Shown here: piece after piece, positions 9,585 to 16,265 of the stretch
Position numbering within the stretch: position 1 is the stretch's first letter
How the letters are laid out: each line of letters opens with the position of its first letter
Assembly: GCA_947164155.1 (NCBI GenBank)
Contig: CAMUVS010000004.1
Coordinates: forward strand, 603-64,602
From: an uncultured Bacillales bacterium
GTDB taxonomy: Bacteria > Bacillota_I > Bacilli_A > RFN20 > CAG-826
Reading direction: 5' to 3'
DNA: 64,000 bases
The notes under the pieces: generated by a model
Told to the model about the DNA's origin: nothing
Seen by the model: only the letters and a program-made list of their open reading frames with translations
Database searches by the model: none
Translations under genes and position numbers: made by a program

Positions 9585-10433
9585 TTATTTTTGTTCCCCA
9601 TCATTGAAATACAAAATTCCAATGCACTTTGGACCACAGTGAGAAGAAATAGTTGCTCCTGCTTTAGTTTCAATAATACGTTTAAATCCTCTAGCTTCAC
9701 ATTCTTTTTTGCAGGCTTCTACCATTTCTGGAGTGGCCATAGAGTGAGTGATAAAGACTAAACTCTTATCTGGGTTGTTGAATTGATCTAATGTATCTTT
9801 AGCGTAGCTTTCAACACATCCAAGTTGTTTGCCCATATATTTCTTTCCTGGGCTCATCTTGCCTTGTGCCATAATGATTTGAGGTCTAATTCTAAATAGC
9901 ATTGCGCCTAATTTAGCTAAACCAGAACATCTTCCACCTTTATATAAATAATCAACAGTGGCAAGTACAAAGCTAGTTTGATTATATGGAATTCTCGCTT
10001 CAACTTTCTTAACGATTTCTTCTGGAGATAATCCTTCTTTAGCAAGTTGAGAAGCATAGATTGCTTCTAGAGCAATACCGGTAGATAAGCTTCTAGAATC
10101 TACTACAAAGACATTTTTTAATCCTCTAGCAACGTTTACTGCATTATGGCACGCACTAGAGATTTCACTACTTAAAGCAAAGTGAATAACCGCGTCATAT
10201 TCTTTTAATAAGCCAGTAAAATATTCTTCATATTGTGCTTCGTTAATCGCGCTGGTTTTTGGTAAAACACCAGTTTTATCAACATAATCAAAAATCTCAG
10301 TTGGAGTAATGACTCCATCAAATTTAGGATCAGCACCTAATAAAACAGTAAATGGAATAGTACGAATACCAAATTCATCGAGTTGTTCTTTTTGTAAATC
10401 AATAGTAGATTCAGCAGAGATACAAATCTTCAT
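9585..10433 (-). CDS. DegV family fatty-acid-binding protein
   Basis: Typical DegV sequence begins MKICISAESTIDL... The ATG at 10433 is preceded by AAGGAGAAT. The longer track ORF (to 10508) runs into the tmRNA 3' end and is rejected. Confidence 0.9.
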   Translation of the reverse strand: MKICISAESTIDLQKEQLDEFGIRTIPFTVLLGADPKFDGVITPTEIFDYVDKTGVLPKTSAINEAQYEEYFTGLLKEYDAVIHFALSSEISSACHNAVNVARGLKNVFVVDSRSLSTGIALEAIYASQLAKEGLSPEEIVKKVEARIPYNQTSFVLATVDYLYKGGRCSGLAKLGAMLFRIRPQIIMAQGKMSPGKKYMGKQLGCVESYAKDTLDQFNNPDKSLVFITHSMATPEMVEACKKECEARGFKRIIETKAGATISSHCGPKCIGILYFNDGEQK

Positions 10434-10481
10434 AATAATTAAATTCTCCTTAATATATATAAATATAGATAATAGATAATT

Positions 10482-10870
10482 TGGTGGAGCCGGTGGTGTC
10501 GAAACCACGTCCGAAGATGGCCATACAATAACGTCTACAGCTTAGACGATATTTGTATTTAACATAGCTTTGTATATCGACTAACTACACTACGCGAGAC
10601 GAACTAAGATTCATGAACTAGTAACTCATCTACTCTAGTCCACTATTCTTTTGTTATGACACCTACTTTAAGCGTGAAAGAACTAAAACCTTAAAGGGCG
10701 CTCTGCCCCAACAATTGTCGGGGCCCTATATCGGGTAAATTAAGCTAAGCAGAGAGATTGAGCTCTAGGAGCTCTCATATAACTGTTGTCAGTTATTTTG
10801 TTTTTGGTTTAAGGTTACCAACCGCTGCAATTAATGCCCTGCACATCTCCGTCGAATCCAATACGACCCC
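10482..10870 (-). ncRNA. ssrA: tmRNA (SsrA)
   Basis: The 5' end GGGGTCGTATTGGATTCGACGG pairs with the 3' end ...CTTCGGACGTGGTTTCGACACCACCGGCTCCACCA, giving an acceptor stem with a G3:U pair, a T-arm and CCA. An internal tag frame ends ...TCT CTC TGC TTA GCT TAA. Confidence 0.9.
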
Positions 10871-10897
10871 ATGTACGCTCCCTAGAAGAGCAAAAAA

Positions 10898-10925
10898 ATT
10901 TTATCACAGGTTATATAATTGTCAA
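10898..10925 (-). promoter_or_regulatory. Likely ssrA promoter (TTGACA - 16 nt - TGaTAAAAT extended -10)
   Basis: Hexamers read directly on the minus strand. The predicted TSS lies about 20 nt upstream of the mature 5' end. Confidence 0.5.
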
Positions 10926-10960
10926 ATTATATCGGTCAGTTTCAAACAAACTTTTTAATA

Positions 10961-11004
10961 TTTTTTTGCAAAAAAATTGAAAAATCACCCTCTTATTTAT
11001 AGTG
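10961..11004 (+). repeat. Copy A of a conserved upstream cassette (TTTTTTGCAAAAAA palindrome ... CTCTTATTTATAGTG)
   Basis: About three quarters identical by eye to the reverse complement of 35263-35305 and 59595-59637. It lies directly upstream of the small gene at 11018. Confidence 0.6.
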
Positions 11005-11017
11005 AGAGGAGGTTTTT

Positions 11018-11392
11018 ATGCTTCAAGAAAAGAAAGATAATAAGAAATATCATTTTCGCTATTATCGGGTCAGCAAAGGTCATCCCTTTTTAGTTGTTCT
11101 AGTAACTGAGAGCAAAAACAAAAAAGGGAAGATTGTTTATTCTGGTTTTAATATGACACATTCAGTCATTGCGGTCTTAAAAAATCCGCATAATTATATA
11201 AAACTAAGTATAAACCCTAATCCACAAGATGATTGTGATAGCTATTTAAAAACTACTTTAATTAGAGAAAAAGCTGCACAACTATTTTCATCGCCAATTG
11301 AAGGATGGGAATTATCTAATGAAGATGAAAAAACAATTGATGATCTCATTAAGAAAAAGTATCCAGAAATAGCAAAAGAAAAGGGAGACTAA
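11018..11392 (+). CDS. Small basic protein, unknown function; distant paralogue of 59151..59531
   Basis: 124-aa ORF with a strong RBS (GAGAGGAGG). It shares the pattern HFR.Y...HP..[IV]V....[FY]..[VM]THS....N..K..NP with the 126-aa ORF at 59151-59531. Confidence 0.5.
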   Translation: MLQEKKDNKKYHFRYYRVSKGHPFLVVLVTESKNKKGKIVYSGFNMTHSVIAVLKNPHNYIKLSINPNPQDDCDSYLKTTLIREKAAQLFSSPIEGWELSNEDEKTIDDLIKKKYPEIAKEKGD

Positions 11393-11531
11393 CATCTCCC
11401 TCTTTTCGTAAATCAGCCGCCTATCCTAATAAGCATAGCTACTGCCGTGAATACTCTCTTGGCCGAATTACCATGTGGGCAATCATAATAGGAGTCGCCC
11501 TTAATCAGAGATGGAGTATCACCCCTGAACG
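11375..11531 (-). ncRNA. Candidate structured small RNA (about 155 nt), class unknown
   Basis: Minus-strand promoter TTGATA (11566-11561), 17-nt spacer, TATACT (11543-11538). The stretch is locally GC-enriched with long-range helices (GTAATTCGGCC / GGCTGATTTAC; GGGCGA / TTGCCC). It ends at the 11383-11400 hairpin plus TTTTCTTTT. No ORF with an RBS. Confidence 0.35.
11383..11400. terminator. Bidirectional hairpin terminator (GGGAGA-CTAACA-TCTCCC with T/A tracts on both sides)
   Basis: Perfect 6-bp GC-rich stem overlapping the stop codon of the 11018 gene. A-tract upstream and T-tract downstream. Confidence 0.6.
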
Positions 11532-11667
11532 TGTAATAGTATACAAATAGTTATCCTTATTATCAATAGATAAATAAAAAAGCCTTCATAGTGAAGGCGC
11601 ACGATTTCTCGTGGGTCTAGCTTAATTAAAAGCTGGGATGACCTTTTTTAAATTATATTGGTACAGA

Positions 11668-11892
11668 CTAATAAAGTCTAGTAGCGGTTTGCTTAATATT
11701 CTCTGTTAATGTCTTGCTTAAGATATTAAGTTCCATATCTCCTTCTGGGAAAGAGAATGAAGGTAATTGTCCTAACTGTTTATATAGCTGAGCAAATAAA
11801 GGGATATTAAGTTCACTAATAGGGGCTTCCTTACCGTTATAACGGTACCAAACAGATCCATCGTCTTTTTTAAATAATTCAATCTTATGCAT
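11668..11892 (-). CDS. Small cytoplasmic protein (74 aa) co-oriented 5 nt downstream of the giant nuclease gene
   Basis: ORF with no signal peptide. Followed by a hairpin terminator (GCCTTCACTATGAAGGC + T-tract). Confidence 0.45.
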   Translation of the reverse strand: MHKIELFKKDDGSVWYRYNGKEAPISELNIPLFAQLYKQLGQLPSFSFPEGDMELNILSKTLTENIKQTATRLY

Positions 11893-11897
11893 AAATA

Positions 11898-14800
11898 TTA
11901 ATCCTTCTTTCTACGGAAATAGAAATATCCTGCGATAGCGATCAAACTAGTAGCGGAGACTACAATGATAATGATCGCATTAGAACTATTTTTTACACTC
12001 ACTTGAATTGGATTAATAGCAATCTTAGATAAACTCACTAATTCCGACATAAATGGAGTTTGTCCGTGTTTTTGAACGCACACTTGATATGTCATCATCA
12101 TTCTTTCAATACAGGCTTCTCCAGAATCATCAGTGTATTGTTTAGTGGCATTAGCAATTAAACTCTTTGCATATGCTTCTTCAGTCTCTCCTAAAGCAGC
12201 TGCCTCAGTTAAGAATGTATCATATGCACTACTACAAGTAGACCACGCACTAGATAAGTTAGTGGTACAACCACTAGTGGTATCCATAGCAGCATTAAAT
12301 GCATTAGCGAATTTGACTGCCACTCTTTGAGCAGCGATATGATTAACGTTATTTGAAATAACTGTCGAACTACCAGGTACATTATTAGTAACCACTACTG
12401 ATTTACAGTAGATAGCTTTTACAGCTGCAGAAGCTTTATAAATTCTAACAACAATTCTTCCAGCGCTAGCAGTACCTGTAAATGTTTTATCACTGGCAGT
12501 AGAGTTAAATGATTGCACCTCACCAAAAGCATTACCACCAACAGTAACGGAAACACTGCCAGTAACTCCGGAAGCACCAGAAGCATTAACAACTACTTGA
12601 GTAATCGTTCCAGTTGTAAATGAATCAGACACCAATTGAATATATTCGACTGCAGCACTTCCTGTACCATAATGAATACCTTTTGTGGAATCATATGTTG
12701 ATTCTGCAGCATCAGAAGTAACTGTCCAAGTTGCTCCATCATCAGCAGCACCACTTCCTCCACAAGCCGCAGTAAACGTTAATTCTGACGTGACTGTGGA
12801 TGATTCGTTTGTTTGAGTAATTGTATTAACACTTTGTGTAACTTGTACCACACTAGATTCACTTGTAGTTAATGAATTATATGTAGCGGTTAATGTCTTT
12901 CCATCATCACTTGCACTCCAAGTATGTGGAATAGAAATTGCTGATTCACCTAGTTTCACTGTTAATTGATTATAAGTCAAAACAGTTTGATGTCCTGCTC
13001 CATCATTATATGTAACAGCCCAGGCATTTACATCGCTTCCACTTAATGTGGAGCCAGAATAAACGTTAATGGTTGGCGCAGTCCAGTTAATTGATGGGTT
13101 AGCGGTAACTGTAATTGTATAGTTTGCAGTCTTTGCAACATCATTTTCTGTATATGTAACAGTAACACTCTTATCCCCAGTAGTTGCTGTACTTGGAGTA
13201 GAAACACTACTTGGAGTAACTGTCTTTGAAGATGAATCGGTATAGTGAGCGGTAACAACTAAACCAGTATAGTTAAATGTATCACCAACACTGAATGTGG
13301 TTTGTACATTTGTTGTATCTAGAGTTATAGAAGATAAAGAGGCTTGTGGAGTATAGGAGTAGTTAACAACAACAGAAGTACCACCTATAGTTCCTCCATG
13401 AACTCCATAGAATTCTTGAGATCCATCTGTTGGAGTAATTGTTACAGCTGTTTCTGAAACAGAAGCTGTAGCATTTGTCCAATTCGTATCTTTAAGCGCA
13501 TTTGCGTAATTAGTTGATGTTGCAGTAAAAACAACACTTGTAATTTCATAATTTGATGCAGGAGTAAAACGCATAGTGTTTCCGCTATAGAATCTAGAAG
13601 ATGTTCTAGCATTAGAATCACCACCTAAATAGTTATTTGCAGCAGTCTTACCTTCTGCTCGTTCTGCTGTCATTGTTGCACATTCGCTAGACCAAGTAAC
13701 TAATGCAGCAGATGTCGGAGTCTCATATGATGCAATTGATAAATCCCATGTGTATGAGCCTGTCTCAGATCCACCACTTTCTAGAACAGTAATTGCATAA
13801 TTAGCAGTTTTTGTAGTGCCGCCATAAGTGTATGAAACAGTGACTGTTTTTTGTCCAGTTGTCGACATATTTGGAGTAGTAACGCTAGTTGGAGTGACGG
13901 TACTACTAGTTGAATCGGTATAGTGAGCCGTAACAACTAAACCTGTGTAGTTGAACGTGTCATTAACAGTAAACGACTTTTGAACGTTTGTTGTGTCTAA
14001 TGTAATTGACGATAACGTCTTAGGTGTATTTGTAACAGTGATTGTGCATGTGCCTGAATAATTGCTGTCTGCAACAGAAGTTGCTTTAACAGTAGCTGAA
14101 CCAGCACTAACAGCGGTTACTACACCACCACTATTAACGGTTACGCAGCCAGATGGATTGGATGCAGAAACAGTCCATGTAACAGCCTGTGATGGATTAT
14201 TTGTGCCGTTAACAACAGCAGTTAAATTAGCGGTAGGATTCGTAGTAACATCTAATGAAGTACTATTAGGAGTGACAGTAACTCCTGTGACAGTCGGGTC
14301 TCCGCTAGGAGTGACACTATTAGATACTGTGATCAATGAAGTTCCTGTCTTGCCGCTTCCGTCACTCGCGGTGGCAGTAATGGTTGCAGAGCCAACCGAA
14401 ATCGCTCTAACTAAACCATATTTTGTAACGGTCGCAACGCTTGTATTTGAAGATGACCATGTATTTGTTTTTAATGTTGTATTAGATGGTGAAAAATTTG
14501 TAGTTAAAATGTTATCTTCTCCAGGAGTCATTGATATTGAAGATGGAGAGACAGAAATAGAAGAAGCTTTTGTTACTGTTCTCTCAGTATAGTCGATAAT
14601 TGCTTTTTCAAAGAAAAAAGACTTAACAGTAACAGAAATTGTTATAACAATCGTACCTGTTTTTTTGCTAGCTGAACTATTTGTCATATCAATAGGGACA
14701 TACGATTCACTGTAGGATCCGTTGATAGAGGCAAACGTCCCAGATTTAGAAGAATAACTAGAACCACCAACAGTAACAGTGATTGTTCCTGTTCCAGCAG

Positions 14801-16175
14801 ATTTATTAGAATGCATTGATAAAATAATGCTCTTTATTGTGCCTGGAAAATTATTAATGGTTAAAATTGCAGTTTTATTATCAGTTATTTGAGTGTGATA
14901 TTTAGCGGTTGTATATGTATTACTGAATGTTACTGTTTCACTGCCAATAGTCTCGCTCGCCCTAGCAGAAGAGGAAGAAATTGGTGTATACACTATGCCA
15001 CTGGCATTCATTGTGTATTTTGGAGTGTAACCACTACCAACCACAACAAAATGATAAGAAATTCTAGAGACATTGTTTATTGTTGCTCTAGCTTTAATTC
15101 TAGCAACACCATTTGAAACACCAGTAACTTGCCCAGTTGAGGAATTAACTGATGCAATTTCTGGGTTATCAGATGTATATACGATAGAATCACTAGATGT
15201 TACATTTCCGTAAGCACTAGCTGTATTTGCGTAGTTGCTACCAACATTTACTGTTTTATAACTTGTTTGAAAAAACAAACCAGCTTGTTGGGAAGAAGTA
15301 TCATCCCAAATCATTCTTGCAAACTCTGGGTGATCGATAAACGGATTGTAATTCCCGGTATAATAGCAAGCTTTGTTGTTTCTTATAATCTCAGAATAGT
15401 CAACAGGATCTAATTCGTTCCAATCCATAAGTAAATCCCACGCCGCTTGAGGTGTACTTTCATTAACAATATTAGTTATCGATAATGCACCTGATTTTGT
15501 TGATGTACCACTAACTTCAGTGGAATAGTGGGTATACATATACATAATGACACGAGCAACATCACCCTTTAAATAGTCAGCTGGCTCAAAATTTGATGAG
15601 TCCATATAACAATCTGTATCGCCCATCCTATTGCTGCCGATGTGACTTGAAACAACTCCATAAGGAGTGTTTCCTCTTGCAGAATTGTATGCAGTACTAG
15701 CTGGTCTAAGGTGATGGATGTCACTTCCGGCTCCTGTTGTCGTTCCTGAAACCTTAGCATAGAGTCCTCCGGAAAGTGATTTACACCAAACATGTTCTCT
15801 GTTCCATGATGAAGCAGTTGGAGTGCCGTCAATACTTTGTCTAGAATAAAAAAGAACAATATTGTCTGGATTATCTATGTCGTAATCGGTATTTTTGGTT
15901 ATATCCCACAAATCATCATAAGTGTTATACGTGCCATGAGTATCGTAAAGTAACTCATGTAATGTATTTAAAAGTGTAGTCCCATATTGAGAGGAAGTTA
16001 CTTTGTGACTAAAAGCGCTTGTGTAATAAGTCGAAAGATTTCTAGAGTAAGACCCAGTACTAGCAGAAACTAGTTCACTTGTATTTTTATTGGAAAAATT
16101 TAAAAACGACGCACCAAAAATACCAGTCAACAAAAGCGCCGAAAATGGAAGGCAAAATAATGATCTCTTTTTCAT
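11898..16175 (-). CDS. Giant membrane-anchored surface protein with an N-terminal Endonuclease I-family nuclease domain and multiple Ig-like (Big_2/Big_3-type) repeats
   Basis: 1425 aa. Signal peptide present. Endonuclease-I motifs NREHVWCKS and NPFIDHPEFA. Big_2-like modules (SSNTSVATVTKYGLVRAISVGSATITATASDG). Two near-identical Big_3-like modules (LSSITLDTTNVQ...GLVVTAHYTDS...). C-terminal TM segment plus RRKKD, no LPXTG. Confidence 0.8.
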   Translation of the reverse strand: MKKRSLFCLPFSALLLTGIFGASFLNFSNKNTSELVSASTGSYSRNLSTYYTSAFSHKVTSSQYGTTLLNTLHELLYDTHGTYNTYDDLWDITKNTDYDIDNPDNIVLFYSRQSIDGTPTASSWNREHVWCKSLSGGLYAKVSGTTTGAGSDIHHLRPASTAYNSARGNTPYGVVSSHIGSNRMGDTDCYMDSSNFEPADYLKGDVARVIMYMYTHYSTEVSGTSTKSGALSITNIVNESTPQAAWDLLMDWNELDPVDYSEIIRNNKACYYTGNYNPFIDHPEFARMIWDDTSSQQAGLFFQTSYKTVNVGSNYANTASAYGNVTSSDSIVYTSDNPEIASVNSSTGQVTGVSNGVARIKARATINNVSRISYHFVVVGSGYTPKYTMNASGIVYTPISSSSARASETIGSETVTFSNTYTTAKYHTQITDNKTAILTINNFPGTIKSIILSMHSNKSAGTGTITVTVGGSSYSSKSGTFASINGSYSESYVPIDMTNSSASKKTGTIVITISVTVKSFFFEKAIIDYTERTVTKASSISVSPSSISMTPGEDNILTTNFSPSNTTLKTNTWSSSNTSVATVTKYGLVRAISVGSATITATASDGSGKTGTSLITVSNSVTPSGDPTVTGVTVTPNSTSLDVTTNPTANLTAVVNGTNNPSQAVTWTVSASNPSGCVTVNSGGVVTAVSAGSATVKATSVADSNYSGTCTITVTNTPKTLSSITLDTTNVQKSFTVNDTFNYTGLVVTAHYTDSTSSTVTPTSVTTPNMSTTGQKTVTVSYTYGGTTKTANYAITVLESGGSETGSYTWDLSIASYETPTSAALVTWSSECATMTAERAEGKTAANNYLGGDSNARTSSRFYSGNTMRFTPASNYEITSVVFTATSTNYANALKDTNWTNATASVSETAVTITPTDGSQEFYGVHGGTIGGTSVVVNYSYTPQASLSSITLDTTNVQTTFSVGDTFNYTGLVVTAHYTDSSSKTVTPSSVSTPSTATTGDKSVTVTYTENDVAKTANYTITVTANPSINWTAPTINVYSGSTLSGSDVNAWAVTYNDGAGHQTVLTYNQLTVKLGESAISIPHTWSASDDGKTLTATYNSLTTSESSVVQVTQSVNTITQTNESSTVTSELTFTAACGGSGAADDGATWTVTSDAAESTYDSTKGIHYGTGSAAVEYIQLVSDSFTTGTITQVVVNASGASGVTGSVSVTVGGNAFGEVQSFNSTASDKTFTGTASAGRIVVRIYKASAAVKAIYCKSVVVTNNVPGSSTVISNNVNHIAAQRVAVKFANAFNAAMDTTSGCTTNLSSAWSTCSSAYDTFLTEAAALGETEEAYAKSLIANATKQYTDDSGEACIERMMMTYQVCVQKHGQTPFMSELVSLSKIAINPIQVSVKNSSNAIIIIVVSATSLIAIAGYFYFRRKKD

Positions 16176-16265
16176 ATAATATTTTCCACAAGGGAAATTA
16201 CATATTACTATAAATAAATTATTTTTGTAATAATTATTTTAATTACTTTAATTGAATAATTTTAA

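Noticed and set aside
10434-10508. N-terminal extension of the DegV ORF (MVSTPPAPPNYLL...)
   Set aside because: The extension is the reverse complement of the tmRNA 3' end (acceptor/T-arm). The conserved DegV sequence starts at MKICISAES, which has a good RBS.
10758-10958. 66-aa plus-strand ORF in the track
   Set aside because: It lies entirely antisense to or overlapping the tmRNA gene and its promoter, with no RBS. The tmRNA explains the region.
11401-11560. Possible SRP RNA, RNase P RNA or riboswitch in the GC-rich intergenic stretch
   Set aside because: On either strand there is no GGAAGCAGC-type SRP helix-8 motif, no GAGGAAAGTCC RNase P motif and no downstream gene in the sense orientation for a riboswitch. 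It is kept only as an unclassified ncRNA candidate.
12133-15859. Several 60-176-aa ORFs inside or antisense to the 1425-aa nuclease gene (e.g. 14062..14592, 13043..13258, 15569..15859)
   Set aside because: They are frame artefacts of a long Thr/Ser/Val/Gly-rich repeat-containing gene. They have low-complexity products and no RBS, and they are fully nested in a far longer, motif-supported ORF. The same reasoning applies to the nested ORFs at 16403..16735, 17404..17767 and 18032..18236.
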